This document shows, one piece after another, positions 27,569-37,803 of a stretch of DNA of 64,000 bases. Position 1 is the stretch's first letter. Each line of letters begins with the position of its first letter. This DNA is from Gemmatimonadaceae bacterium (GTDB lineage Bacteria > Gemmatimonadota > Gemmatimonadetes > Gemmatimonadales > Gemmatimonadaceae), in assembly GCA_051859245.1 (NCBI GenBank), contig JBHYGA010000004.1, forward strand, positions 160,001 through 224,000, given 5' to 3'. Made by a program: the position numbers and the translations under genes. The notes beneath the pieces were generated by a model. The model searched no databases and was not told the origin of the DNA. It saw only the letters and a list, made by a program, of their open reading frames with translations.

Positions 27569-28996
27569 ATGAACTCGTCTGCTTCTCCTGAATCGTCCGC
27601 GACATCCTCAGAAGGCACTCACAAGCTGTGGGGCGGCCGCTTCGCGAGCGGACCACATCCACTGCTCGACGCCGTGAACCGGTCGATTGGCACGGACTTC
27701 CGGCTGTGGCCGCATGACGTGCGCCTGTCGCGCGCCTGGGCGCTCGCCTTGCGCGATGCCGGCGTGTTCTCGGCGGACGAGTGCGACGCGGTGCGCGCCG
27801 GGCTTGAGCGTGTGGGCGAGCGCCTCGCCGCCGGCGAGAAGCCAGTCGACACTGACGAAGACATTCATACCATGATCGATCGGCTGTTGCACGAAGAGGC
27901 CGGCGCGCCGGCCTCCCGTCTGCACACCGGGCGCTCGCGCAATGATCAGGTGGCAACGGCCACACGTCTGTGGACCATGCACGCGTGCCAGACGCTCGAT
28001 CAGGCAATCGCTGAGCTGCAACAATCGTTGTACGCGCAGGCCGAACAGCTGCAGGACGCGGTCCTGCCCGCGTACACACACTTGCAGCGCGCGCAGCCGG
28101 TCAGTGGCGCGCATTGGTTGCTCTCACACTTCTGGGCGCTGGATCGGGATCGTGGACGCATCGTCGCCGCCGCAAACGGCGCGAGCGTGATGCCGTTGGG
28201 CTCGGGCGCAATCGCCGGCAGCGCATTTCCGGTGTCGCGCGAGCTGCTGCGTAGCGAGCTCGGCTTTAACGCGATTTCGCAGAATAGCATTGATGCCACC
28301 GGCGATCGAGACTTTGTGGCGGAGACGCTGTTTACGTGCGCACTGACCGCGGCCCACTGCTCGCGTCTGGCCGAAGACCTGATTGTGTACGGATCGAGTG
28401 AGTTCGGTTTTGTGAAGTTTGGCGATCGCTTCAGCACCGGCTCCAGCATGATGCCGCAGAAGCGCAATCCCGATGTGTTTGAACTGGCGCGTGGCTCTGG
28501 CGGACGATTGTTAGGCGACCTCGTCAGTATGCTGGCCACGCTCAAGGGTTTGCCCAGCGGCTACAGCAAGGATTTGCAAGACGACAAACGCGCGCTGTTC
28601 AACGCCGTTGATATGCTGTTGCTCGTATTGCCGGCTATGGCGGGAGCGATCGCCGAGCTGACGTTCAATCGTGAGCGCATGCGCGCGGCGGTCAGCGGAG
28701 CAATGATGGCCACGGATCTTGCCGACTATCTGGTACGAAAAGGCGCGTCGTTTCGCGAGGCCCACGGTGCGGTGGGACGACTGGTGCGTGAATCGGAGGA
28801 AGCCAATGTGGAGCTGAACGAACTGCCCCTCGCGCAGGTACGAGCGGCGCACGCGTTGTTTGGAGACGATGTGATGGACGCGTTGAGTATTGACGCATCA
28901 CTCGCGGTACGAAACGTTGACGGAGGGACAGGGCGCGACGCGGTTGCGAAACAACTGCGAGCGGCGCGCGAACGTTTGAACGTCGCTGCGCAATAG
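27569..28996 (+). CDS. argH: argininosuccinate lyase
   Basis: LWGGRF, LHTGRSRNDQ, YTHLQRAQP, GSSMMPQKRNPD. Confidence 0.97.
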   Translation: MNSSASPESSATSSEGTHKLWGGRFASGPHPLLDAVNRSIGTDFRLWPHDVRLSRAWALALRDAGVFSADECDAVRAGLERVGERLAAGEKPVDTDEDIHTMIDRLLHEEAGAPASRLHTGRSRNDQVATATRLWTMHACQTLDQAIAELQQSLYAQAEQLQDAVLPAYTHLQRAQPVSGAHWLLSHFWALDRDRGRIVAAANGASVMPLGSGAIAGSAFPVSRELLRSELGFNAISQNSIDATGDRDFVAETLFTCALTAAHCSRLAEDLIVYGSSEFGFVKFGDRFSTGSSMMPQKRNPDVFELARGSGGRLLGDLVSMLATLKGLPSGYSKDLQDDKRALFNAVDMLLLVLPAMAGAIAELTFNRERMRAAVSGAMMATDLADYLVRKGASFREAHGAVGRLVRESEEANVELNELPLAQVRAAHALFGDDVMDALSIDASLAVRNVDGGTGRDAVAKQLRAARERLNVAAQ

Positions 28997-29090
28997 GTCA
29001 CAAAAACTCTTGACCGAAATGGACTTTGGTCGCTTATTAGTGGCACTGTAACTGATTGCAGAAGTCTCTCCCCAATCCACAAGGACACTC

Positions 29091-29609
29091 ATGCTCAAGT
29101 CACTCCGACCGTTTGCCTTCGCACTCGCTGCGGCAATCTCGCTTCCTGCCAGCGCCGCCATGGCGCAGGGCGAGTTCACACCTGGAACGAAGATCCTCAG
29201 CCTTGGTGTGCTGAGCGACAACGGAACTGGTTTCAGCGGTGCGTTTGAGTACAGCTTGCTCGAGCTGGCTCCGAACATCCGTCTCGGCGTCGGCGGCTCG
29301 GTTGGTTACTTCAGTGAAGATGTTGCTGGCTTCAGCTTCTCATCAACGCCGATCCTGGCGAACGGCAACGTGCACCTTGCACTGCCCGACGTGCCGGCGC
29401 TCGACCTCTTTGGTGGCGCATCGTTCGGTATTGTTCGCTTCTCGTATGACAATGACTTCCCGGGCGGCGATGACGCATCCGATTCCGACACCGTGTTTGG
29501 CATCAACCTCGGCGCGCGCTACTACTTCACGCCGCGCGTTGGCGCCGTCGCCCAGTTTGGTATCGGCGACGTGCCGGAACTCTTCTTTGGCGTCACGTTC
29601 AAGTTCTAA
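29091..29609 (+). CDS. small outer-membrane beta-barrel protein
   Basis: AAGGA RBS, AMA|Q signal, alternating strands, ends GVTFKF. Confidence 0.75.
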   Translation: MLKSLRPFAFALAAAISLPASAAMAQGEFTPGTKILSLGVLSDNGTGFSGAFEYSLLELAPNIRLGVGGSVGYFSEDVAGFSFSSTPILANGNVHLALPDVPALDLFGGASFGIVRFSYDNDFPGGDDASDSDTVFGINLGARYYFTPRVGAVAQFGIGDVPELFFGVTFKF

Positions 29610-29636
29610 GCGGTTCTGCACTCGCGGGCAGTAACC

Positions 29637-29667
29637 AAGGGCGCTCGGCATTAGCCGGGCGCCCTTT
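29637..29667. terminator. intrinsic terminator between convergent genes
   Basis: AAGGGCGCTCGGC-ATTA-GCCGGGCGCCCTTT. Confidence 0.75.
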
Positions 29668-29695
29668 GTCTTGATCAATACGGTGTCGCGTAGTG

Positions 29696-31036
29696 CTATG
29701 TTCGAACGCCGGCCAGTATCGCCTGAGCGGCCATCAAGCCACCGCGCGCTGCACCATCCAGTGAGCTCGAGTGCAACGTTTCACTCGCTCGCCATAGACC
29801 CGGTATTGCCGTGCGCGCCGTTCGCGGCGCGACCCCGCTGTTGATCACTGGCTGAGCATACTGGGCAAGCGGCACCCGCCAGATCGCAATACGCGTAAGC
29901 GTTGCTGGTGACGTTGCCTGCGACATGCGGGCGATATCGGTTCGCACCGCTGCATCCAGTGCATCATCTGCTCGTACCGCTTGTTCTCCCAACACGGTTG
30001 CGGCCAGCAGGTGTGCATCGCGTGGCGAGTATTCAGGCGCCACGTCAGAGATGGTGATCGCATGACTGACCACCGCATCTACCCGTGCGTTCAACCACAG
30101 CGCCTTGCCAGGCAACGTGGGCGACGCGACGTGATAGTACAGCGTGGTGCAGCCAAGCAGCGCGCGCGGTTCGCCCAGCGATAGCCCAACGGTATGCGCG
30201 AGCGCGTGTGCGGCGATCAGATCGGTGGCTACAACAACATCACGCGCTGGTATCACGCTTCCGTCATCGAGCACCACGCCGCGTGCCGCACCATCCAGCA
30301 CGTGCAATGCGGCCACGCGCGTATTGCAGCGTACCACGCCAGCGGGCAAATGCGCGGCGAGTTGTTTTGGAATGGCACCCATACCCGCAGCGGGCACCGC
30401 CGTTTTGCCTTCCGACAACATCTTGAAGGTGAACAGCAAGACACTGGCGCGCGTGGTGAGCGATCGATCAAGCAGAATTCCGCCGTAGAACGGCGCAAAA
30501 AATCCGTGAATCGCGCGATCGGAGAAGCCGCGCGCCGCCAGGAAATCTCGCGTCGACACACGGGCGTACTTTGCATCGAAACATTCATCCACGCTCAGTG
30601 ACATCGCGAACTTACGCAGCCGTAACAGGCGCCACAGATCGGTCATCGGCAGCGCGCCACCGGTGAGCGATGGCAGAATAAGTGCAGGGTCATTCAATGC
30701 GTCACCCACGAGTGCCGGCGCGCCTGATTCACGCGTGATTCGCGCGGCCGGCAAAAAGGGACGCAGCTGCAGCGCCGCGTGATCGAGGTAGCGATTGAGC
30801 ACCGGATACGCGGTGAACAACACCTGAAAGCCGTGGTCCAGCTGGAAACCATCACGTGTCGTGGTGCGCACGCGTCCGCCAACCTCTGGCGCAGCTTCAA
30901 GCACGATCACGTCGCGGCCAGCGCGATGCAGCTCAATCGCGGCAATGAGTCCGGCAATGCCGGCACCAACAACAACTGTGGGTTCAGTGTGCTGCACTGG
31001 TGATGTCACTCGTGATGTCGCCTGGCATGTCTTCAC
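29696..31036 (-). CDS. FAD-dependent oxidoreductase (amine oxidase / protoporphyrinogen oxidase-like); start uncertain
   Basis: VVGAGIAGL, LEA...GGRVRT, DHGFQVLFTAYP, SSLDGA. Confidence 0.85.
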   Translation of the reverse strand: MKTCQATSRVTSPVQHTEPTVVVGAGIAGLIAAIELHRAGRDVIVLEAAPEVGGRVRTTTRDGFQLDHGFQVLFTAYPVLNRYLDHAALQLRPFLPAARITRESGAPALVGDALNDPALILPSLTGGALPMTDLWRLLRLRKFAMSLSVDECFDAKYARVSTRDFLAARGFSDRAIHGFFAPFYGGILLDRSLTTRASVLLFTFKMLSEGKTAVPAAGMGAIPKQLAAHLPAGVVRCNTRVAALHVLDGAARGVVLDDGSVIPARDVVVATDLIAAHALAHTVGLSLGEPRALLGCTTLYYHVASPTLPGKALWLNARVDAVVSHAITISDVAPEYSPRDAHLLAATVLGEQAVRADDALDAAVRTDIARMSQATSPATLTRIAIWRVPLAQYAQPVINSGVAPRTARTAIPGLWRASETLHSSSLDGAARGGLMAAQAILAGVRT

Positions 31037-31147
31037 GCCACAGACGGTTGTATTGCATGCGGGCTGGTCTTGACTCGGCGGACCCAGTGCTCATGTTCCC
31101 CCAACCTCCAGATGGTGTCCGACCTTCCCGCAACGAAGGAGCGTTCG

Positions 31148-31825
31148 ATGAAGCTAGTAACGTACGCATTGGTGTCGTTGACCGCGATCGCCGGTTCGGT
31201 CGCCACGTTGGAAGCACAAACGTGTCTCGGGCTGCCAGCGTCGAGTGTGTCGTCACGCAACATTTCACTGACCGCCGCATTTCCCGAAAGAGTGACGCTG
31301 TTTTCGGCCCGCGTCGGCGGCATCATGTCCAGCGGTGGATTCGGTGGACTCTCGGTGGCCTATGAATCCTACGACGACGCCGACGATGCATCGGCATTCG
31401 GCTTTGCCGCCGATGTTGGCAAGGAGTTCGTGCTCGCCACAGGCTCGGCCGTTCGTGTTTGCCCCACCGCGTCGGCACAACTGGCGTTCGGTCCAGACTT
31501 CGATCTTGGTCTCGGCGACGACGTGTCCGTGACGCGGTTCGGTGGCAACGTTGGCGGCGCCATCGGCACGGTCATTGCGGCAAGTCCCGGATTTTCACTC
31601 ATTCCTTACGCTCAGCTGTCGCTCGCGCACCTTCGACTTCGCGTGTCGGCGGGCGAATTCACGGAAACGGACAGCCAAACCGGCGGAATTCTTACGGCCG
31701 GTGTGGGACTTGGATTTAATGATCGCGTCATCGTGCAGCCGTTCCTCACGAAAGGATTCGGCTTTGAGGGCGACACCGATGTGTACTTTGGGGTCGGCGT
31801 TTCGTTTCCCGTAGGACGACGCTGA
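31148..31825 (+). CDS. putative outer-membrane beta-barrel protein
   Basis: AAGGAG RBS, LEA|QTC signal, ends YFGVGVSFP. Confidence 0.65.
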   Translation: MKLVTYALVSLTAIAGSVATLEAQTCLGLPASSVSSRNISLTAAFPERVTLFSARVGGIMSSGGFGGLSVAYESYDDADDASAFGFAADVGKEFVLATGSAVRVCPTASAQLAFGPDFDLGLGDDVSVTRFGGNVGGAIGTVIAASPGFSLIPYAQLSLAHLRLRVSAGEFTETDSQTGGILTAGVGLGFNDRVIVQPFLTKGFGFEGDTDVYFGVGVSFPVGRR

Positions 31826-31883
31826 TGATGTGAACACACGTTGGGATCGCATGATCCGCGTGTTGTAAATCCAGCGAGTACAA

Positions 31884-31918
31884 AACGGGGGCTTCCGATC
31901 AGATCGGAAGCCCCCGTT
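31884..31918. terminator. bidirectional terminator
   Basis: Perfect 17-bp inverted repeat AACGGGGGCTTCCGATC-A-GATCGGAAGCCCCCGTT between convergent genes. Confidence 0.85.
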
Positions 31919-31944
31919 GCACATCGCCGCCGAAGCGGATCAGA

Positions 31945-32520
31945 CTAGAAACGAATACCGAACGTGATCGGGATCCAACGCGCGTCGCTATCGCCATCGC
32001 CGAACACATTCACGAAGCGAGCTTCGGCAAACGTGGAGAAACCGGCCAGCTTGAACTCAACACCACCACCAACGCCGATGCCGAGATCATTCGAGGCTTC
32101 CGATTCCTGACCCGACGCGGCGCCCGTGCCTTCGAACTTCGTGCGATACAGACCACCGCCACCAATCAAGTACGGGCGGATGCTGCCTTCAGCCACGGTC
32201 GAGGACAACGGAAACAGGATGTTTCCCGTGACCGAGAGCACGTTGAGGTCAAAGCCGGCAACGCTGTTGCTGGCCTTGCCGCCGAAGCTCTCGTATCCAA
32301 CGTCACCGCGGAAGCTGAAGCGCGACGCACTGGGCTTCAAATAGATGTTACCCGTAATGTTGTATCCGCTCTCTACTCCATCAGCCAGATCACCCATCGG
32401 CAGCGACAAACCGCCCATGACGCCAATGGAAATCGGCTTGGAATCCTGAGCACCAGCAACCGCCGGCAGAAGCGCGAAGGTGCCGACGGCACAGATCGTA
32501 CGAATAGCGCGAAGCGACAT
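31945..32520 (-). CDS. outer-membrane beta-barrel (OmpA-TM/OmpW-like)
   Basis: AAAGGAG RBS, AGA|Q signal, RPYLIGGGG, FAEARF, ends ITFGIRF. Confidence 0.8.
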   Translation of the reverse strand: MSLRAIRTICAVGTFALLPAVAGAQDSKPISIGVMGGLSLPMGDLADGVESGYNITGNIYLKPSASRFSFRGDVGYESFGGKASNSVAGFDLNVLSVTGNILFPLSSTVAEGSIRPYLIGGGGLYRTKFEGTGAASGQESEASNDLGIGVGGGVEFKLAGFSTFAEARFVNVFGDGDSDARWIPITFGIRF

Positions 32521-32671
32521 ACAAACTCCTTTTGATAGGAATAAACAAAATGATGCGCAGTGTAACCCAACCGAGTCGATCGACTCGTTCCTCGGCGTAC
32601 GACTTCGTACACCGAACACTTCACAGTTGCTCGTACCCTAGAGCATCACGGAAAGTACAACAACGTTGCAA

Positions 32672-32687
32672 TGTGACTTTCATCACG
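32672..32687. promoter_or_regulatory. possible CRP/FNR-family binding site
   Basis: TGTGA-N6-TCACG in an AT-rich intergenic region upstream of the 31945..32520 gene. Confidence 0.3.
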
Positions 32688-32726
32688 CTTGCCCCAACAT
32701 TAATGCGCTGTGTGAGCAATTCGCGC

Positions 32727-33377
32727 CTAGCGGCCTGACAACCGAATCGACAGGCCAGCATACACGGAGAACGACCCGTTCTTGGCGGATTCGCGAATGT
32801 TGCCGGCTTCAAAATCAGCAACCTTCGAAACGCCAAAGTTGTATCGCGCACCACCAGTGAGGATTGCGCCGCCCAGGTCAAAATCCAGGCCGCCGCCGAC
32901 AACTCCGCCAACGTCCAGTGTCTGGCTGTTCAAGTCGTCGAAATCATCGCAATCACCGTCAACACCACCAAAGTCAACTTTGCACGCGATGCGAAAGCCA
33001 AGGTACGGGCCAGCGTACGCATGCGGCGCAACTTTGGCGCCTGACAGGGGAGACAGACGCAGCAACACTGGCACCTGCGCGTAGGTGAGGCTCACACCGT
33101 CATCACCCGAGTTGCTGGATGTCGCGCCGCTGGTCATGACCAGACCTTCCGTTTGCAGTGACAGCAAACCGCCAAACGGAATGACGAGCTGCACACCGCC
33201 CATGCCTCCGGTGCGTCGATCAAGATCATCAACGCCGCGCAGTTCGGCGAAGTTAGCGCCGCCGAGAATGCCAAGCCGCAAGCCCTGAGCCTGCGTTGTA
33301 CTCGGCACCACAATCATGATCGCCGCCACAGCCAACAGCGCGGCCACACGTGAAATCCCAACTCGAGCAGTCATCAT
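32727..33377 (-). CDS. porin family (PorT-like) beta-barrel protein
   Basis: TQA|Q signal. GILGGAN, LQTE, LTYAQVPVL, YAGPY and RYNFG pattern. Confidence 0.75.
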   Translation of the reverse strand: MMTARVGISRVAALLAVAAIMIVVPSTTQAQGLRLGILGGANFAELRGVDDLDRRTGGMGGVQLVIPFGGLLSLQTEGLVMTSGATSSNSGDDGVSLTYAQVPVLLRLSPLSGAKVAPHAYAGPYLGFRIACKVDFGGVDGDCDDFDDLNSQTLDVGGVVGGGLDFDLGGAILTGGARYNFGVSKVADFEAGNIRESAKNGSFSVYAGLSIRLSGR

Positions 33378-33426
33378 CGTGAATACTTCTCCGCTAAGGG
33401 TGAAGCATGTTGAGACCCGACTGGCG

Positions 33427-33924
33427 CTATTGTGGTTCCGGTGCGTTTCCCACAACACGAACGCCGGTCACAAAGTAATTCGTCTCACCAAAACAACTGG
33501 TCGGAACCCACGGCTTTTCGTCATACGTCAACACAATCCGCTTGCCGTTGGTCGCCTCAATGGCGTGCGCCACGGAATCACTGCGCACACTGAAGGTCCA
33601 CAGCTGCGGCATGCTGCCGGGAATGGTTGAGATCGCCATTTCCCCTTCCCAGGTTTTGCACAGCCATCCCTTCTGAGAGATCTTCTGCACAAACCCGGCG
33701 CGCTCGCCCGACGAATACACAAAGTTCAGGCCAACGGCGGCCCAGACGGCCAACGCCAGCGCGGGCGCGCCAACGAGTGCAAGCAGCGTGAGCTTGCCCC
33801 AGTGTCGCCGCGCAAAGGAACCCTGCTTCCCCTTCGCCTTGTTTGAACCAGCGGCGGGTTCAGCAGCGGCGCCTGCCGCCTCGGGCGTCGGCTCAGACGC
33901 GTCGGGATTGTGTGGTCCTGTCAT
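33427..33924 (-). CDS. conserved hypothetical membrane-anchored protein
   Basis: One TM helix followed by [26 protein letters not shown]...FSV...GETNYFVT. Confidence 0.75.
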   Translation of the reverse strand: MTGPHNPDASEPTPEAAGAAAEPAAGSNKAKGKQGSFARRHWGKLTLLALVGAPALALAVWAAVGLNFVYSSGERAGFVQKISQKGWLCKTWEGEMAISTIPGSMPQLWTFSVRSDSVAHAIEATNGKRIVLTYDEKPWVPTSCFGETNYFVTGVRVVGNAPEPQ

Positions 33925-34028
33925 GCCTCAAAGCTCGTGCCACAGGTGGTGCGGCGGAAGGGTGGGACGCGAAGTACGCCGCAGCTATTTTGCATAGGTC
34001 CTCTTCATCCCCGTTCTCCGAGAATCGT

Positions 34029-35243
34029 GTGACGTTTCGAGCCCGACGACAGACTGCAACCGTGCACGTGCGCGGCACCCCCGTTGGTGGATCACACCCG
34101 ATTGTGGTGCAATCCATGACGAACACCGATACGGCCGACGCCGCCGGTACCGCCGAGCAGGTTGCCCAACTCTACGAGGCGGGCTCGCAAAAGGTTCGGA
34201 TTACCGTCAACAATGACGAAGCGGCGCAGGCCGTGCCGGAAATCCGGCAGCGACTCACCGATCGCGGCCTCGACGTCCCGCTCATTGGTGATTTTCATTA
34301 CAACGGACACCTGCTGCTCACCAAGTATCCGGCGTGTGCCGCGGCGCTCGACAAGTATCGCATTAACCCCGGCAACACGGGCACTAAACATCGCGACACG
34401 AACTTCACCACGATCGTGCAGGCCGCCATTGATCATGGCAAGCCGGTGCGCATTGGCGTGAACTGGGGCTCGCTCGATCAAACGTTGCTCACTGACATGA
34501 TGGATGCCAACGCACGCTCGGCGGAGCCGCGCGATGCGAAAGACGTCTACATGGATGCCATGCTGGAAAGTGCACTGCGTTCTGCCGCGCTCGCGGAAGA
34601 AGTGGGCCTACCGCACGATCGCATCATTGTCAGCGCCAAGATTTCCGTGGTGCAGGATCTCGTCGAGTGCTACCGCCGACTGGCGGCGCGCTGCGATTAT
34701 CCGTTGCACCTGGGATTGACCGAAGCGGGCATGGGCAACAAGGGCGTGATTGCCAGCACGGCCGCACTCAGCATTCTGCTTGGCGAAGGTATTGGGGACA
34801 CCATTCGTGTCTCACTCACACCCAAACCAAACGGTGATCGCCGCGAAGAAGTGTTTGTCGCGCAGCAGATTCTGCAATCACTCGGTTTGCGTTCGTTCGC
34901 TCCGCAGGTGACCGCGTGCCCTGGTTGTGGACGCACGACGAGCACGTTCTTCCAGCACATGGCGGAAGACATTCAGGGCTATCTGCGCGAACAGATGCCG
35001 GTGTGGCGCGAGTCGCGTCCGGGGGTGGTTGATATGAAGGTTGCTGTGATGGGCTGCGTGGTAAACGGACCCGGTGAGTCGAAGCACGCAAACATCGGCA
35101 TTTCGCTGCCCGGCACGTTCGAGGAGCCCAAGGCGCCTGTGTACGTCGACGGCAAACTCTTTACCACACTCAAGGGCGACCGAATCGTCGCCGAGTTTCT
35201 CGATATTCTTGAGAACTATGTGAGCACCACCTACGCCGCGTAA
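34029..35243 (+). CDS. ispG: (E)-4-hydroxy-3-methylbut-2-enyl-diphosphate synthase
   Basis: [55 protein letters not shown]. Confidence 0.97.
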   Translation: MTFRARRQTATVHVRGTPVGGSHPIVVQSMTNTDTADAAGTAEQVAQLYEAGSQKVRITVNNDEAAQAVPEIRQRLTDRGLDVPLIGDFHYNGHLLLTKYPACAAALDKYRINPGNTGTKHRDTNFTTIVQAAIDHGKPVRIGVNWGSLDQTLLTDMMDANARSAEPRDAKDVYMDAMLESALRSAALAEEVGLPHDRIIVSAKISVVQDLVECYRRLAARCDYPLHLGLTEAGMGNKGVIASTAALSILLGEGIGDTIRVSLTPKPNGDRREEVFVAQQILQSLGLRSFAPQVTACPGCGRTTSTFFQHMAEDIQGYLREQMPVWRESRPGVVDMKVAVMGCVVNGPGESKHANIGISLPGTFEEPKAPVYVDGKLFTTLKGDRIVAEFLDILENYVSTTYAA

Positions 35244-35256
35244 ACTCGACCGCTGA

Positions 35257-35865
35257 TCACGGCGCCGCGCCTTCGAGCGCGGCGGTTGCCACTTCGAGTT
35301 CGTCCACAATGGGCGCAGAAAAACCAACGTCGCGCAAGCGGTCGCACACCGCACGATACCAGCGCACCGTGCCTTCACGACCGGCGCTGAAGCGTCCCCA
35401 TACGGTTTCGGGAAACGACGTGCGCGCCAGGTCGTACACAATGGTATTCGCGTTGTGCAGCGTGTCGGCGGTGCATACCCAGCGCGCCGCGTCCGATGCG
35501 CGATCCAGACGCGCCAGCATGTCGGTCTTGCGATCATCAACCGAGAGTTCAACACCGTCGTCATCAACACGACGCTCAATCACGGCCAGCACGGTCTCGA
35601 GCGCATCCATGCCAAACTTGCGGCCGATGCGTTCTTCAAGTGCGGAACGATTCCACCCATCACGTACCGCGTCTTCAATCGTATCGTGCAGAATTCCCGC
35701 GACCACGGTGGACTCATCCTGGCCATACCGCGTAAGAATCACTGCCACATTTGCCGGCTGCGTGAGATACGGCAGACGTGTGCCACTGCGCACCTGTTGA
35801 TCGTGGTGCTTGGCCGCGAATGCGAACGCGTGATTGATGCGATCGGAGTAACCGGTCACCGTCAT
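35257..35865 (-). CDS. HD domain protein, SpoT/Mesh1-like hydrolase fold
   Basis: AFAAKHH.QQVR...PYL..P..VA, LHDTIED, ADTLHN. Confidence 0.8.
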   Translation of the reverse strand: MTVTGYSDRINHAFAFAAKHHDQQVRSGTRLPYLTQPANVAVILTRYGQDESTVVAGILHDTIEDAVRDGWNRSALEERIGRKFGMDALETVLAVIERRVDDDGVELSVDDRKTDMLARLDRASDAARWVCTADTLHNANTIVYDLARTSFPETVWGRFSAGREGTVRWYRAVCDRLRDVGFSAPIVDELEVATAALEGAAP

Positions 35866-35965
35866 GAAAGCCTCGGCGTGAATCCGCAAACTTCGCGGTA
35901 ATAACAACGCGCACGAAAGTGCGCCGGAAAATGCGTCCCGTTATCCACGAGCGCAATCTACCTGA

Positions 35966-36460
35966 TCACGCGGTCGCGACGCGAAACCAGCGCATGAGTG
36001 CTTCGAGGCCCTCGGCGTCGACCGTATCGAACATGGCCTTTGCGCCGCTATCAATATCCAATACGGCGATCAGCGAATCATCGTTCGCAAACACCGGCAC
36101 CACAATCTCGCTTTGCGAGCGTGGGTCACAGGTGATGTGGCCCGGAAACGCGTGGACATCAGGAACCACAACCGTGCGTCGTTCAGCCGCGGCCGTTCCG
36201 CACACGCCGCGCCCGAACGTGATGTCGAGGCAACCGAGTGACCCTTGATAGGGCCCAACGCGAAGTAAATGTCCGGGTTCTACGACGCGGTAGAAGCCTG
36301 TCCACAGATGCGCAAACGCATGATGCAGCAGAGCGCTCGTTGTTGCCATTCCGGCAATCACGTCGTTGCTGCCTTCCAGCAACAACGACTGCATCTCTAG
36401 CAACTGCTGATAGGCCTCGGCGCGGGGCGTCTCGCGCAGGTCGGGAATTGCCGGTTCCAT
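35966..36460 (-). CDS. msrC: GAF-domain free methionine-R-sulfoxide reductase
   Basis: WTGFY, GPYQG..GC..I.FGRGVCG, FPGHITCD..SQSEIVVP, VLDIDS. Confidence 0.85.
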   Translation of the reverse strand: MEPAIPDLRETPRAEAYQQLLEMQSLLLEGSNDVIAGMATTSALLHHAFAHLWTGFYRVVEPGHLLRVGPYQGSLGCLDITFGRGVCGTAAAERRTVVVPDVHAFPGHITCDPRSQSEIVVPVFANDDSLIAVLDIDSGAKAMFDTVDAEGLEALMRWFRVATA

Positions 36461-36499
36461 GTGTTGATCTATTTCGATGAAGTCAAAGGTCGCGCGAGG

Positions 36500-36940
36500 T
36501 CACGCGGCACGCGCGGCCGCAATTTGCGCGAGCAATACAAGATCGAGCAGCGCCAACGCGAGGCCTTGCACGATGATGCCAATGCCCGCGCCCACACCAC
36601 CAAGTTTTTGTCCAAGCCGCCAACTGCACAGCGCAATCGTCAAACCGACGCCCGCGTAACCCGCATCCAGTCCGACGTTGAGCCACAAGAAATTGATCAA
36701 TGACGTGGCGCCATCGAGATCGCGAAGCGCAAGCGTTCGCGCCGCCCAGGCACAGATCGCCAGATCAACGGCGCCCCAGGCGGCAGTTTGAATCGCGAAG
36801 TGTCGCAACAATGGTGAGCTCGAGCCGCGCAGGGCCAGCCAGGCGAGCGTGAGAGTACCGAGCAGCACACTGCTGCCGCCCCAGATCGCCAACCGGAGCA
36901 GGTGCGCGCGTTCGAGCGAGAGAAGCGCATCGGCCCACAT
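36500..36940 (-). CDS. 4-TM hypothetical membrane protein
   Basis: ATG 36940. WGAVDLAI, LNVGLDAGY and GIIVQG hydrophobic segments. Confidence 0.7.
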   Translation of the reverse strand: MWADALLSLERAHLLRLAIWGGSSVLLGTLTLAWLALRGSSSPLLRHFAIQTAAWGAVDLAICAWAARTLALRDLDGATSLINFLWLNVGLDAGYAGVGLTIALCSWRLGQKLGGVGAGIGIIVQGLALALLDLVLLAQIAAARAA

Positions 36941-37038
36941 GCAGAAGGACGCTAGCGGGCGGTCGCGCGGCAGAGAAGGGGGAGCCGCGTGGGCGCGAGG
37001 TGTGATAGTTTGTATGTCATGCGAGTTGATGTCGCCCC

Positions 37039-37731
37039 ATGAGCAACGAGGCTCAATCCGAACGCAGCCCGTCTGCAGCCCCGTCGGCCGCGGATCGGGA
37101 GGCGGTGATGTCCGCACTCGGCGACGCGTACGCCGCCGATCAACTCGAGCTTGATGAGTTGGAGCGGCGCATGGCGCGCGTGTATCGCGCCACGTCGCAC
37201 GACGCATTGGCGGAGGTGCTCACCGGGTTGGGTAATCGAGGCGCCATCGCCCGCGCGCCAATGGCGCCAGCCAACTCACCCGCTGCCGCGGCGGCCGCGC
37301 AGCGAGCGCAGACGGACCTCTCGATTCGCGCGTACGACTATGGCGTTGCCACCATCGCACGCGCCGAAATTGTGCCGGAACGAGCGGTGCTGATGGGCGT
37401 GATGGGCGCGGCCGAGCGGAAGGGGGCGTGGGTTGTTCCTCGGCAGCTCAAAGTGTTCGCGGCCATGGGCGGCGTGGATCTCGACTTTCGCGAAGCGCAG
37501 TTTGGAAGTGGCGTTACGGAGGTCGAAATATTTGCGCTCTTTGGCGGCGTCGATATCAAAGTGCCCACCGGTGTGCGTGTCGAGTCAACCGGAGTGGGCA
37601 TCATGGGTGGCTTCAGCGTGAGCGGTGCTGATGCGGATCCAGGTCCGAACGCGCCCGTGCTGCGCATTAACGGAGTCGCCATCATGGGTGGCGTTGAAGC
37701 CAAAATGAAAAAGATCAAACGCCCGAAATAG
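37039..37731 (+). CDS. DUF1707 (SHOCT-like) plus LiaF-like beta-solenoid protein
   Basis: DRE...L..AYA..QL...E...R N-domain. AAMGGVDLDFREA and FGGVDIKVP repeats. Confidence 0.8.
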   Translation: MSNEAQSERSPSAAPSAADREAVMSALGDAYAADQLELDELERRMARVYRATSHDALAEVLTGLGNRGAIARAPMAPANSPAAAAAAQRAQTDLSIRAYDYGVATIARAEIVPERAVLMGVMGAAERKGAWVVPRQLKVFAAMGGVDLDFREAQFGSGVTEVEIFALFGGVDIKVPTGVRVESTGVGIMGGFSVSGADADPGPNAPVLRINGVAIMGGVEAKMKKIKRPK

Positions 37732-37745
37732 CGGTTGGCGCAAAC

Positions 37746-37786
37746 AAAAATGGGGGCCGACGATTTCTCGTCGGCCCCCATTTTTT
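37746..37786. terminator. bidirectional intrinsic terminator
   Basis: AAAAA-TGGGGGCCGACGA-TTTC-TCGTCGGCCCCCA-TTTTTT. Confidence 0.9.
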
Positions 37787-37803
37787 CACGCGTTACAGCC
37801 AGA

